Origin: Eubacteriales bacterium
Lineage (GTDB): Bacteria; Bacillota; Clostridia; Oscillospirales; CAG-272
Direction: 5' to 3'
Length of the DNA: 64,000 nt
NCBI GenBank assembly: GCA_045632065.1
Contig: JAZQWA010000045.1
Location: forward strand, 794 to 64,793
Under the pieces are notes generated by a model that saw nothing but the letters and a program-made list of their open reading frames with translations, searched no databases and was not told where the DNA came from. Position 1 is the stretch's first letter. Each line of letters begins with the position of its first letter. Positions 30,326 through 39,892 of this stretch are shown one piece after another. The position numbers were made by a program, and so were the translations under genes.

Positions 30326-32404
30326 ATGGAAAAGGTTTACACCAAAAGTATTCGTAACGTAGCACTACTTGGACACAGCGGCGGAGGAAAGACATCGCTT
30401 GCTGAGTCTATGCTTTATATTTCAAGACTTACTGACCGTCTTGGCAATGTTACTGACGGAAATACTATATGCGACTATGACCCCGAGGAAATCAAGAGAG
30501 GATATTCTATATCTGCAGCTACTGCGCCTCTTCTTTGGGACGGTGCTAAAATAAATATTCTTGATACACCCGGCTTCTTTGATTTTGAGGCTGAGGCAAG
30601 GCAGTGCGTTAGAGCTGCTGATGCTGCCATTATCGTTGTAGACGGTAAGGCCGGTATCGAGGTTGGTACCGAAATTGCTTGGAAGCTTGCTTCTGATGCT
30701 GGAATTCCCAAGGCTTTCTTTATCAACAGATTTGATGACGGTGAGGCAAGATTCTACAAGGTATTCGGCGCAATTCGCGAAATGTACGGACTCAACGTAT
30801 GTCCTATTCAGATTCCTATTATTGATGGCGATACAGTTATCGGATTCGCTAACCTCGTAGAGATGTGTGTTTACACATTCGAGAAAACAACCGGTGAATA
30901 CATACGCAGCGCAATTCCCGAGAAGTTTGCAGACGTTTGCAATGAGTATCATGCAATTCTTCTTGAGGCTATTGCACAGACCAGCGACGAGCTTATGGAT
31001 AAGTTCTTCAACGAAGAGCCTATTTCCAGAGAGGAAGCTCTTGAAGCTATACACCAGGGTATCATCACAGGCGATATCGTTCCTGTATTCTGTGGCGCAG
31101 CTCTTAAGAACTGGGGTATTAAGACATTCCTTGATACAATCGCAGAGTCCTTCCCGAGACCTACCGCTCGCAAGGTTGAAAAGCTTGTTGATGCTGACGG
31201 CAACGTTACCGATATTGCAATTGATCCCGATTCTAAGGACACATCCTTGTTCGTATTTAAGACCGTAGCCGATCCCTTCGTTGGTAAGATGTCCTTCTTC
31301 AAGGTTATGAACGGTGAGCTTAAGAAGGATATGGTTCTCAGAAACACCACAACCGGTGCGAATGAGAAGCTTAACAAGATCTTTATGCTCAGAGGTAAGA
31401 AGCAGATTGATGTTGAGGAACTTGCATGCGGTGATATCGGTGTAGTTGCAAAGCTTACTGCTACAAATACAAATGACACTCTTACAACAGCTCAGGGCGA
31501 TATCAAGTACGCTCCTATTAAGTATCCCAAGCCTTATCTTACAATGGCTATCAGACCTATGGCGAAGGGTGATGAGGATAGAATTTCCAGCGGCATTGCA
31601 AGACTTCTTGAAGAGGACAGATCTCTTAAGTACGTTAACAATTCCGAGACAAAACAGCTTACGATTTCCGGTCTTGGTGATATTCACCTTGATATAGTTG
31701 TATCCAAGCTTAAGAATCGCTTTGGCGCAAACGTTGAGCTTACAAAGCCCAAGATTGCTTATCGCGAGACCATCAAGAAAAAGGTTGACGTTGAAGGTAA
31801 GCACAAGAAGCAGTCGGGTGGTTCGGGTCAGTACGGACACGTTAAAATTACTTTCTCTCCCGGTGAAGCTGAGGGCCTTACCTTTACCGAAAGCGTATTT
31901 GGCGGAGCGGTTCCCAAGAACTTCTTCCCGGCAGTAGAGCAGGGACTTAGAGAAGCTATGCAGAAGGGTGTTCTTGCGGGTTATCCTGTAGTATATCTTG
32001 CTGCTAACCTCTACGACGGTTCTTATCACGACGTTGACTCTAACGAAATTTCCTTCAAGCTTGCAGCTAATATAGCTTACCGTGACGGTCTTCCTCAGGC
32101 AAATCCTGTACTTCTCGAGCCTGTTGGTGAGCTCAAGGTTTACGTTCCTGATAACTACGTTGGTGACGTTATGGGAGATCTTAACAAGCGTCGCGGTAGA
32201 GTAATGGGTATCGATCCTATGGATGACGGAACACAGGTTGTTCTTGCCGAAGTTCCTTTCTCCGAAATGATGGATTACGTTATTTCTCTTCGTGCAGCTA
32301 CTCAAGGACGCGGTAGATTCGACTTCGATTTCATCAGATATGACGAGGTTCCTGCTTCCATTACCGAGAAGGTTATTGCAGAAGCAAAGAGAGAACAGGC
32401 ATAA
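30326..32404 (+). CDS. Elongation factor G paralogue (EF-G2-like translational GTPase)
   Basis: Five-domain EF-G layout. G1 is GHSGGGKTS rather than AHIDAGKTT; DTPG and NRFD (NKxD-like) are present. Located away from the str operon. Confidence 0.85.
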   Translation: MEKVYTKSIRNVALLGHSGGGKTSLAESMLYISRLTDRLGNVTDGNTICDYDPEEIKRGYSISAATAPLLWDGAKINILDTPGFFDFEAEARQCVRAADAAIIVVDGKAGIEVGTEIAWKLASDAGIPKAFFINRFDDGEARFYKVFGAIREMYGLNVCPIQIPIIDGDTVIGFANLVEMCVYTFEKTTGEYIRSAIPEKFADVCNEYHAILLEAIAQTSDELMDKFFNEEPISREEALEAIHQGIITGDIVPVFCGAALKNWGIKTFLDTIAESFPRPTARKVEKLVDADGNVTDIAIDPDSKDTSLFVFKTVADPFVGKMSFFKVMNGELKKDMVLRNTTTGANEKLNKIFMLRGKKQIDVEELACGDIGVVAKLTATNTNDTLTTAQGDIKYAPIKYPKPYLTMAIRPMAKGDEDRISSGIARLLEEDRSLKYVNNSETKQLTISGLGDIHLDIVVSKLKNRFGANVELTKPKIAYRETIKKKVDVEGKHKKQSGGSGQYGHVKITFSPGEAEGLTFTESVFGGAVPKNFFPAVEQGLREAMQKGVLAGYPVVYLAANLYDGSYHDVDSNEISFKLAANIAYRDGLPQANPVLLEPVGELKVYVPDNYVGDVMGDLNKRRGRVMGIDPMDDGTQVVLAEVPFSEMMDYVISLRAATQGRGRFDFDFIRYDEVPASITEKVIAEAKREQA

Positions 32405-32584
32405 ATATTATCAATGCGGCACAAGTAATTGTGCCGCATTATGATTAACTGCCTATGTTTAAGTACCAAATATTAAAAATATTGTTATTTGGCAACTAAA
32501 AGCTAAAAAAATAAAATAGCTATTGAAAAAAGCAATATTTAATGCTATAATAATAATGTAATAAATTGAAAGGTAATTGTTATT

Positions 32585-33709
32585 ATGATGCTTAATTTTT
32601 CAAGGGTTGTAGCGCTTATAATTGCCATGGTTATTGGTATTGGCGTTGGAATCGGAGGTTGTCTTGGCGTTTGTTTCCTTGTACTTGATAGCGTTACAAT
32701 AAATGAGCTTGAATATAGAGGAGTTCCGCTTTCATCGGATAAAAGTTTTGGCGATAATCCCGAGGTGGATTTACGCGATATGTCTGTTATCGATTTTGTT
32801 AAGGAGTATCAGGAGCTTCAAAGCTTCGAGGAAGACGTTACAATCAATATGCTGATTAAGCGTTATGATTTTATACTTCACCCTCATCTTGATAAGCTTC
32901 TTTCGCGCGAAGCTAGAGACCTTCCTATTTCTTATCTTTTGACAGATGAAGGAAAGAACAGGTTGCTTGATACACTTTATGTAGGTCAGTTTGAGGACTT
33001 TGTTTGCCAGAATCTCGATGGTACCCCTGGTGATCCTGAGGATCCAAATACTGTATGGATTGATACCGAAGGCAACGTTGTTACTGGTATCAATGATGTT
33101 CTTGCTGATTTCACACTCTATGATCTTCTTTACGGTGACATTTCATCGGACGCAATTCTTGATACTATTATCTTGGCAGATATCCTTGGTTATACCTGGG
33201 ATGAAACAAACGAATATTGGGTTGATTCCGGCGGAAATAAGGTCACTGGTGTAATGGCGGTATTCGCTGATTGCACAGTTCTTAATGTTGACCAAAAGCT
33301 TAATACAGTTCAGATCGGCGAATTGCTTAGCTATGAATACAACGAAGACGATGGTGTTTGGCTTGAGGACACCGGAGACGGAGTTATGAAGCCTGTACAC
33401 GGGTTTATGAACGTTGTTGCAAGCCGCACTCTTGAAAACGTAGGTAGCATCATGGATGATCTTACCATCGGTGACATCATTCCTGAAGAACAGCGTACCG
33501 GATTCGTTGGATTGCTTGATCCCAATACAAAGTTCGATATGATTTCAAATGAAGTTAACACTAAGTTTAACATGCTTTCAATGAGAGAACTTATTTTGAA
33601 CAACGCGATTACATTTAGCTCTGAAGCAGAGAAAAATAAGTTCCTTGACTCTCCCTTTGCTGATTATAACATTTCACAGCTTTTATCAGCCATTTCGGCT
33701 CTTTCTTAA
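32585..33709 (+). CDS. Hypothetical membrane-anchored, highly acidic protein
   Basis: One N-terminal TM helix followed by an Asp/Glu-rich ectodomain. No motif recognised. Confidence 0.45.
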   Translation: MMLNFSRVVALIIAMVIGIGVGIGGCLGVCFLVLDSVTINELEYRGVPLSSDKSFGDNPEVDLRDMSVIDFVKEYQELQSFEEDVTINMLIKRYDFILHPHLDKLLSREARDLPISYLLTDEGKNRLLDTLYVGQFEDFVCQNLDGTPGDPEDPNTVWIDTEGNVVTGINDVLADFTLYDLLYGDISSDAILDTIILADILGYTWDETNEYWVDSGGNKVTGVMAVFADCTVLNVDQKLNTVQIGELLSYEYNEDDGVWLEDTGDGVMKPVHGFMNVVASRTLENVGSIMDDLTIGDIIPEEQRTGFVGLLDPNTKFDMISNEVNTKFNMLSMRELILNNAITFSSEAEKNKFLDSPFADYNISQLLSAISALS

Positions 33710-33754
33710 TAAAACAAAAAAGCACCGCAAATTTTGCGGTGCTTTACCATTTAA

Positions 33755-33781
33755 TAAAAAAAGGACGTCGTTTGACGTCCT
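33755..33781 (-). terminator. rplA terminator
   Basis: AGGACGTC/GACGTCCT stem followed by a T-run on the minus strand. Confidence 0.7.
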
Positions 33782-33794
33782 TTCAATCATTTAA

Positions 33795-34493
33795 TTAGTT
33801 ACCAAGCTTTGCGTTGTTAACCTTGATGCCGGGGCCCATGGTTGTAGCAACTACACAGCTCTTGATGTACTGACCCTTTGCTGCAGCGGGCTTAGCCTTG
33901 ATAACAGCGCCAACGAGAGTGTTGAAGTTCTCGGTGAGCTTCTCAGGACCGAAGGAAGCCTTACCAATGGGGCAGTGAATGATGTTGGTCTTGTCAAGAC
34001 GGTACTCAATCTTACCAGCCTTTGCTTCCTGAACTGCCTTAGCAACGTCAGGAGTAACAGTACCAGCCTTGGGGTTAGGCATAAGGCCCTTAGGACCAAG
34101 CACCTTACCAAGACGGCCGATAACACCCATCATGTCAGGAGAAGCGATAACAACGTCGAAGTCGAACCAGTTCTCGGTGGTGATCTTCTGTACCATATCC
34201 TCTGCGCCAACATAATCAGCGCCTGCTGCAAGAGCAGCCTCTGCCTTGTCTCCACGAGCGAATACAAGAGTTCTAACAGTCTTACCGGTACCGTTGGGAA
34301 GAACGATTGCGCCTCTTACCTGCTGATCAGCGTGACGAGAGTCAACACCGAGTCTAATGTGGATCTCAACAGTTTCATCAAACTTTGCCTTAGCAGTCTG
34401 ACAAACGAGCTCAACTGCCTCGTTTACGTCATAGAGCTTAGACTTATCTACAAGCGCAGCGCTTGCATTATACTTTTTACCATACTTAGCCAT
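33795..34493 (-). CDS. rplA: 50S ribosomal protein L1
   Basis: MAKYGKKY... and [14 protein letters not shown]. Confidence 0.97.
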   Translation of the reverse strand: MAKYGKKYNASAALVDKSKLYDVNEAVELVCQTAKAKFDETVEIHIRLGVDSRHADQQVRGAIVLPNGTGKTVRTLVFARGDKAEAALAAGADYVGAEDMVQKITTENWFDFDVVIASPDMMGVIGRLGKVLGPKGLMPNPKAGTVTPDVAKAVQEAKAGKIEYRLDKTNIIHCPIGKASFGPEKLTENFNTLVGAVIKAKPAAAKGQYIKSCVVATTMGPGIKVNNAKLGN

Positions 34494-34508
34494 TAATCTG
34501 TCCTCCTA

Positions 34509-34934
34509 TCACTCTTCTACAACTACGCCCATGCTGCGCGCAGTGCCTGCTACCATGCTCATAGCAGCTTCAACAGAAGCAGCGTTAAGGTCAGGCATCT
34601 TGGTTTCTGCAATCTTGCGAACCTGCTCCTTGGTGAGCTTTGCAACCTTGGTCTTGTTAGGAACCGCAGAAGCAGTCTCAATGCCGCAAGCCTTCTTAAT
34701 AAGAACTGCTGCGGGGGGAGTCTTAGTGATGAATGTGAAGGAACGGTCAGCGTAAACAGTGATGATAACGGGGATGATAAGACCGATATCATTCTTGGTT
34801 CTTTCGTTGAACTCCTTAGTGAAGTTGGGAATGGAAACACCATACTGACCGAGTGCAGGACCTACGGGGGGCTGGGGAGTAGCCTTACCTGCGGGAAGCT
34901 GCAATTTAATGTAACCCATGATTTTCTTAGCCAT
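34509..34934 (-). CDS. rplK: 50S ribosomal protein L11
   Basis: [30 protein letters not shown]. Start set at the ATG at 34934. Confidence 0.97.
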   Translation of the reverse strand: MAKKIMGYIKLQLPAGKATPQPPVGPALGQYGVSIPNFTKEFNERTKNDIGLIIPVIITVYADRSFTFITKTPPAAVLIKKACGIETASAVPNKTKVAKLTKEQVRKIAETKMPDLNAASVEAAMSMVAGTARSMGVVVEE

Positions 34935-35029
34935 AATTAAATAAACCTCCAATGTGGTAATTTTTGTCGGGAGAATTAAAGAATTTTTCTCCCTCCCACG
35001 AACGCTTCAATTTATGAAGCAGGGCAGAA

Positions 35030-35572
35030 TCAGTCTGCCATAGCAACATCCTTGGTTTCAACCATGATAGGAATGTCGCGCCTTTCAGTAGAAGCGAGAA
35101 TAGTAAGAGATTTCTTATCCTCGCTGATTTCCTGAATAATACCCGAGTATCCCTCGAAGATACCCGAAACAACCTTAACCTTGTCGCCAAGATTGAATTT
35201 GAATTCATCGGAGACAACCTCAACGCTGAACATCTCAACCTCTGCATCGGTAAGGGGAGTAGGCTCAGATCCGGGGCCTACAAAGCCGGTGACACCAGTG
35301 ATGTTTCTGACAACGTGCCAGGACTCATCATTCATTGTCATTTTTACAAAGACGTAGCTGGGGAAGAGCTTTGTTTCAACAACCTTTTCCTCGCCCTTAT
35401 CATTTACCTCAACGCTGGTTTCAACAGGAACCTTAATGTCGTAGATAAGATGACCGAGACCACGGTTTTCAACCATTTTCTCAATGCTGTCTTTTACTTT
35501 GTTTTCATAACCCGTATAAGTGTGAGCAACATACCATCTGGGACCCTGGTTCTTTTCATTAATATTACTCAT
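35030..35572 (-). CDS. nusG: Transcription termination/antitermination factor NusG
   Basis: RWYVAHTYTGYENKV NGN domain and a C-terminal KOW motif. Confidence 0.95.
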   Translation of the reverse strand: MSNINEKNQGPRWYVAHTYTGYENKVKDSIEKMVENRGLGHLIYDIKVPVETSVEVNDKGEEKVVETKLFPSYVFVKMTMNDESWHVVRNITGVTGFVGPGSEPTPLTDAEVEMFSVEVVSDEFKFNLGDKVKVVSGIFEGYSGIIQEISEDKKSLTILASTERRDIPIMVETKDVAMAD

Positions 35573-35581
35573 GGCTACCTC

Positions 35582-35887
35582 TTAGCCGATAAGACCTGCT
35601 ATAGAGTTTATGATTAAAGAAGAAACGTAGTCGATAACTGCGATAAGAGCACTGATTGCAACTACGGTAGCGATAACGAGCTTGAAACTCTTCCAAACCT
35701 CAGTTTTAGAAGTCCAAACAACCTTTTTGAGCTCGCCAACAGTATCCTTACAGAACTTAGCGATTCTTTTGCAAGCGCGAACAAGGAAGTTAGGCTTTTT
35801 ATCCTGCTTTTTGGTGGATTTTTTCTCCGCCTTGGCAACGTTCTTGACGTCAGAAGCGGTGTTAATGCTATTGTTCTTTTCTGCCAT
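35582..35887 (-). CDS. secE: Preprotein translocase subunit SecE (long N-terminal Lys-rich extension)
   Basis: C-terminal ELKKVVWTSKTEV plus a TM helix. Sits in the conserved position between rpmG and nusG. Confidence 0.85.
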   Translation of the reverse strand: MAEKNNSINTASDVKNVAKAEKKSTKKQDKKPNFLVRACKRIAKFCKDTVGELKKVVWTSKTEVWKSFKLVIATVVAISALIAVIDYVSSLIINSIAGLIG

Positions 35888-35907
35888 AACTATATCCTCT
35901 CAAAAAT

Positions 35908-36057
35908 TATTTGGTTTCCTTGTGCAAAGTATGCTTGCGGCAGAAACGGCAGTGCTTTTTCATCTCAAGTCTGTCCGGATCGTTCTTCTTATTTTTCTTT
36001 GTGTCATAATTTCTTTGCTTGCACTCAGTGCATGCGAGTGTAATCTTGACTCTCATA
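35908..36057 (-). CDS. rpmG: 50S ribosomal protein L33 (49 aa; too short for the supplied ORF track)
   Basis: My translation of the minus strand gives [58 protein letters not shown] lies upstream. Confidence 0.93.
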
Positions 36058-36171
36058 ATTTGCGGCACCTCCTAATAGAATTCGGGTTAAACCCGTGAAT
36101 ACCTCCCTCGTTGCTATGGGTGTGCGTGTCCCAATTTGCGCACAAAAAAAGCCCCAAAACAGAGGTATGAC

Positions 36172-36201
36172 AATTATAACACTAAATTTTCCATTTGTCA
36201 A
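36172..36201 (-). promoter_or_regulatory. Consensus sigma-70 promoter for rpmG-secE-nusG
   Basis: On the minus strand: TTGACA, 17 bp spacer, TATAAT. Confidence 0.65.
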
Positions 36202-36250
36202 TACTTTTTTATATATTTATATTTATTTTTTATATAATTGTAGAAAATCA

Positions 36251-36279
36251 TTGACTATTGACTAAAAAAAGGGTATAAT
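36251..36279 (+). promoter_or_regulatory. Sigma-70-type promoter for the 2-hydroxyacid dehydrogenase gene
   Basis: TTGACT, 17 bp spacer, TATAAT. Confidence 0.55.
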
Positions 36280-36305
36280 TTAGTCATAAATTTGCGAGGT
36301 GAGAT

Positions 36306-37256
36306 ATGAAAATAGTTGTTCTTGACAGATTTTCGCTTGGAATGGATACACCGTTTGATGCTTTGGAGCTGCTCGGCGACGTTATAATCTATGATAGCAG
36401 CAATGAAAACGAGGTACTTGAGCGTTCCTCTGATGCCGACGTTATAATTGTCAATAAAATAAAAGTAACCGAAAAAATACTTGCTAATGCAAAAAATCTG
36501 AAGCTTTTATGCGTTTTTGCGACAGGTTATGATAATATTGATATCTCTGCGGCAAGAAAATATAATATAGGCGTATGCAACGTGCCGGGATATTCTACCG
36601 ATAGCGTTACGCTTTATACAGTTTCTACTGCATTGGCTTTGTATTCTCGTATTTATGAGTTTAATAGATTTGTAAAAAGCGGAGAATACACAAAATCGGG
36701 TGTTCCAAACAAGCTTACTCCTGTTTATCACGAGTTGAGAGGAAAGGTATGGGGCATTATCGGATATGGTAATATCGGCAAAGCGGTGGCTGACGTTGCA
36801 AGAGCATTCGGGGCAAGGGTTGTGGTCAATAAGCGCCATCCTGTCAGCGATGCTGAATGCGTTGATATTGATACATTGTGCCAGATAAGCGACATTATAA
36901 GTGTGCATTGTCCCTTGAATGATGACTCAAAACTTCTTATAAATGAAGAAAGACTTGCGATGATGAAGCAGGATGTTGTTCTCGTTAACGAAGCAAGAGG
37001 AGCAGTGCTGGATGAAGCCGCTGTTGCAAAGGCGGTAGAGGACGGAAAAATCGGAGCATTTGGATGCGATGTTTATTCGGTTGAGCCATTTACATCCGAG
37101 CATCCTTATTCAAGAATAAAGAACTATGAAAACGTGCTTCTTACACCTCATTGTGCCTGGGGCGCTTATGAGGCAAGAGAGCGCTGCATCAATATTATTG
37201 CAGATAATATCAAGTCTTTCTTTGGTGGAAAAACGTTAAATAGGGTAGATAAATAA
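36306..37256 (+). CDS. D-isomer-specific 2-hydroxyacid dehydrogenase (glycerate/hydroxypyruvate reductase-like)
   Basis: NAD-binding GIIGYGNIGKAV, a catalytic Arg/Glu/His pattern, and ...LTPHCAW. Confidence 0.85.
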   Translation: MKIVVLDRFSLGMDTPFDALELLGDVIIYDSSNENEVLERSSDADVIIVNKIKVTEKILANAKNLKLLCVFATGYDNIDISAARKYNIGVCNVPGYSTDSVTLYTVSTALALYSRIYEFNRFVKSGEYTKSGVPNKLTPVYHELRGKVWGIIGYGNIGKAVADVARAFGARVVVNKRHPVSDAECVDIDTLCQISDIISVHCPLNDDSKLLINEERLAMMKQDVVLVNEARGAVLDEAAVAKAVEDGKIGAFGCDVYSVEPFTSEHPYSRIKNYENVLLTPHCAWGAYEARERCINIIADNIKSFFGGKTLNRVDK

Positions 37257-37294
37257 AAGCAGAAGGTGCATCTTGAGAAATGCACCTTCTGCTT

Positions 37295-38467
37295 TTATCC
37301 TCGATCAACCGTAATCACACAATAACAGTTATCCTTTTCAGATTGGACAGCTTCATTGATTTTTTCCTTGACCTCGGCTTCGGTAAGCGGATGCTCGTAG
37401 GGAAGGACTACGTCAAAGATCATATTTGTATGAGTATGTCCGATTACAACTCTGAAATCATGTATTGGAAGTTCGAGATTATGTTTTTTCATTGTATCTG
37501 CAAGGAACGCTTTTAGCTCGTTGATATTTTTATCATCAGTCACAATAGGGTCCATGTGTATTGTACAGGAAATATTCATTTCGTTGTTAATTCGTCTTTC
37601 AACGTTGTCAATAACGTCGTGTAGGTAGTATATATCCTTTTTACCATCCACCTCAGCGTGGAAGGAAGCAACGAATTTGCCGGGGCCGTAATTATGCACA
37701 ATAAGATCATGAATTCCGATTATATCGGGATAGTCCTGAATTATGCTTTCAAGCGATTTTATGGTTTCTTCAACAGGAGCTTCTCCAAGGAGTATATCCT
37801 TAGTTTCATTAAGAAGCTTTAATCCTGCAATAATGATAGGAACAGAAACGATAATACCAACTATTGCATCAATGAAATGAAGTCCTGTAAGCTTTATAAT
37901 AAATGAAGAAATCAGAACTGCAAGAGTGGAAATCGAGTCACTAAAAGAATCTGTTGATGCTGCCTTGACTACGGTTGAATCAATTCTTTTTGCAATAACC
38001 TTATAGAAAAATCCAAGCCAGAGCTTTAAAATGATTGCCGATCCTAAAATTATAAGTGTTACATAAGTAATCTCGGTGTTTTCAGTTTCGGAAATACCAA
38101 TAAGCGTTTTTGCGGAGTCCAAAAATAACTCGCCGCCAACAAGCATAATAATAAAGGAAACAATCATTGATGCAATGTATTCAATTCTTGCATGGCCAAA
38201 TGGGTGCTCCTTGTCAGCGGGCTTTGAGGAAACCTTAAAGCTCAAAAGCGAAATAACCGAAGTTCCCGAGTCGGAAAGATTGTTGAAAGCATCTGCGATT
38301 ATTGCAACTGAGTTTGACATAACACCTGCACAAACCTTTATCAGAGCGAGAATAAGGTTTATTATTATTCCTACAACGCTTGATAGTGTGCCGTAGCTTT
38401 TTCTAACAGCTTTATCTGAAGTTTTTTCGTGGTTTCTGACAAATAAACGAATTAAAATATTAGTCAT
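37295..38467 (-). CDS. Cation diffusion facilitator family transporter
   Basis: Six TM helices, ADAFNNLSD and HPFGHARIEY motifs, and a C-terminal cytoplasmic domain. Confidence 0.88.
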   Translation of the reverse strand: MTNILIRLFVRNHEKTSDKAVRKSYGTLSSVVGIIINLILALIKVCAGVMSNSVAIIADAFNNLSDSGTSVISLLSFKVSSKPADKEHPFGHARIEYIASMIVSFIIMLVGGELFLDSAKTLIGISETENTEITYVTLIILGSAIILKLWLGFFYKVIAKRIDSTVVKAASTDSFSDSISTLAVLISSFIIKLTGLHFIDAIVGIIVSVPIIIAGLKLLNETKDILLGEAPVEETIKSLESIIQDYPDIIGIHDLIVHNYGPGKFVASFHAEVDGKKDIYYLHDVIDNVERRINNEMNISCTIHMDPIVTDDKNINELKAFLADTMKKHNLELPIHDFRVVIGHTHTNMIFDVVLPYEHPLTEAEVKEKINEAVQSEKDNCYCVITVDRG

Positions 38468-38544
38468 ATATTTACCTCTAAAAGTATTTACTTTTGTGAT
38501 TTATTATGTTAAAATAAATTATATTTGTTAAATGGAGCAATTTT

Positions 38545-38865
38545 ATGAGTAAGTTTAAAATAATTACGCTTAAAGGCGATAATACCCAAAATATAAATAC
38601 CGAGCTTTATTTTGAATTAGCCAGTGCAAGAGCAGAGAAGTGTGAGGTTGTAGCCATCAGCACCGAATGCTCGACTGAAAAGGTAGAATCATTGGTAGTA
38701 TCTGCACTGAAGAAAATGAAGGCAGTAGCATCAATACAGTTCTATGCCTTGCCAGAAAGCTTCAATATAGCTAATACGGAAGCAAATTTCCTTTTAAATA
38801 AATATCCTGATGTTTTTTCTTCCATCGGAGATTGCTGTTATCAATATATATATGTAAAACTTTAA
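38545..38865 (+). CDS. Hypothetical protein (106 aa)
   Basis: ORF with a plausible GGAG RBS. No recognisable motif. Confidence 0.4.
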   Translation: MSKFKIITLKGDNTQNINTELYFELASARAEKCEVVAISTECSTEKVESLVVSALKKMKAVASIQFYALPESFNIANTEANFLLNKYPDVFSSIGDCCYQYIYVKL

Positions 38866-38877
38866 CTCATTATGTTT

Positions 38878-38908
38878 GCAGGGGTGTCGGTCAACGACAC
38901 CCCTGCAA
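38878..38908. terminator. Bidirectional terminator
   Basis: TGCAGGGGTGTCG/CGACACCCCTGCA stem between convergent genes. Confidence 0.7.
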
Positions 38909-38918
38909 TATATTGTAA

Positions 38919-39146
38919 TTAATTTGCGTGCTCTTCCAAATAGCGAACAACGTCGCCAACGGTATTAAAGCTGTGAAGATCCTCGTCTGCGATTTCGAGA
39001 TTAAATTTCTCCTCGCAAATATAAACGAGATCAGCGAGTTCAAGCGAATTGATACCAAGGTCACCGGAAAGCTCAGCTTCCATGGTAATGTCGTTCTCGT
39101 TAACGTGAAGCTCGTCAACAAGGAACTTCTTCAATGTCTCAAACAT
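38919..39146 (-). CDS. Acyl carrier protein (stand-alone)
   Basis: 75 aa with a phosphopantetheine-attachment context LSGDLGINSLELADLV. Confidence 0.8.
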   Translation of the reverse strand: MFETLKKFLVDELHVNENDITMEAELSGDLGINSLELADLVYICEEKFNLEIADEDLHSFNTVGDVVRYLEEHAN

Positions 39147-39355
39147 TTGTTTCCCTCCTTTGCTTTTTTGCCATTAAATATGCATAGCGCTTTCTTATAA
39201 TACTATATATTTGTCATTTTGTCAAGTGTTTTTTTTAAAAAGCATGTTTTTTCCGCCTTTAATTGACAAAAGCAAATAAAAATAAACAAAAATTTATTTG
39301 ACAATTATAAAAATATATGCTATTATATTTTTAATAATACTATATGAGGTTTTTC

Positions 39356-39607
39356 ATGGGAATTTTATCTTTAATAAGCAAGAAAAAGCAAACTAATGAA
39401 GATAGGGAATCATATCTCGAATCTATTGTTGGTAAGAAATGCGTTGTAATCGAAGAAATCGATAATTTTGCAGGCTGCGGACTTGTTAAGGTAAACGGTC
39501 AGAGCTGGGCGGCACGATCTGCTTATGATGATGAATGCTTTGCTGCAGGCGAGACATTAAGCGTTGTTGCAATTGAAGGCGTAAAGCTTGTTTGTGTTAA
39601 GAGATAA
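39356..39607 (+). CDS. NfeD-like OB-fold protein (soluble C-terminal-domain-only form)
   Basis: VGKKCVVIEEID..GLVKVNGQSWAARS...GETLSVVAIEGVKLVC resembles the NfeD C-terminal domain. Confidence 0.55.
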   Translation: MGILSLISKKKQTNEDRESYLESIVGKKCVVIEEIDNFAGCGLVKVNGQSWAARSAYDDECFAAGETLSVVAIEGVKLVCVKR

Positions 39608-39647
39608 ATGCTTCAATAATTTAATTTTAAAATTTTGTCAAAATCTA

Positions 39648-39676
39648 TTGACAAAATAAAATTCTTCTGTTATAAT
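39648..39676 (+). promoter_or_regulatory. Consensus sigma-70 promoter for the tRNA-Arg/tRNA-His pair
   Basis: TTGACA, 17 bp spacer, TATAAT, about 20 bp upstream of the tRNA. Confidence 0.7.
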
Positions 39677-39695
39677 ATAACCCGTTGTCAAGAAT

Positions 39696-39772
39696 GTGCC
39701 TTTAGCTCAGCTGGATAGAGCAACTGCCTTCTAAGCAGTAGGTCGGGGGTTCGAGTCCCTCAAGGCACGCCA
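39696..39772 (+). tRNA. tRNA-Arg (anticodon TCT), CCA encoded
   Basis: Hand-folded cloverleaf. Acceptor GTGCCTT/AAGGCAC, anticodon loop CTTCTAA, T-loop GGTTCGAGTCC. Confidence 0.9.
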
Positions 39773-39775
39773 TAT

Positions 39776-39853
39776 GGTGGGATTAGCTAAGCTGGTTATA
39801 GCGCCAGGTTGTGGCCCTGGAGGCCGTGGGTTCGAATCCCATATCTCACCCCA
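39776..39853 (+). tRNA. tRNA-His (anticodon GTG) with encoded G-1, CCA encoded
   Basis: Hand-folded. The extra 5' G pairs with C73. Anticodon stem CCAGG/CCTGG, loop TTGTGGC, T-loop GGTTCGAATCC. Confidence 0.9.
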
Positions 39854-39858
39854 GATAA

Positions 39859-39888
39859 GAAAAACCGTGCATAAAGCACGGTTTTTTG
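39859..39888. terminator. Bidirectional terminator (tRNA operon / clpC)
   Basis: CCGTGC/GCACGG stem with flanking A-run and T-run. Confidence 0.7.
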
Positions 39889-39892
39889 TTTT

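Noticed and set aside
30422-32305. 627-aa ORF on the minus strand.
   Set aside because: It lies entirely antisense to the EF-G paralogue, whose GTPase motifs are unmistakable. Its composition is skewed (Asn/Leu/Ser/Cys/Lys-rich), it has no RBS and no recognisable motif. It is an artefact of codon bias in a long gene.
34953-35029. L1-binding autoregulatory leader upstream of rplK (GGGAGAA...TTCTCCC hairpin).
   Set aside because: A hairpin is visible, but I cannot verify by eye that it resembles the 23S L1-stalk mimic. It is left unannotated.
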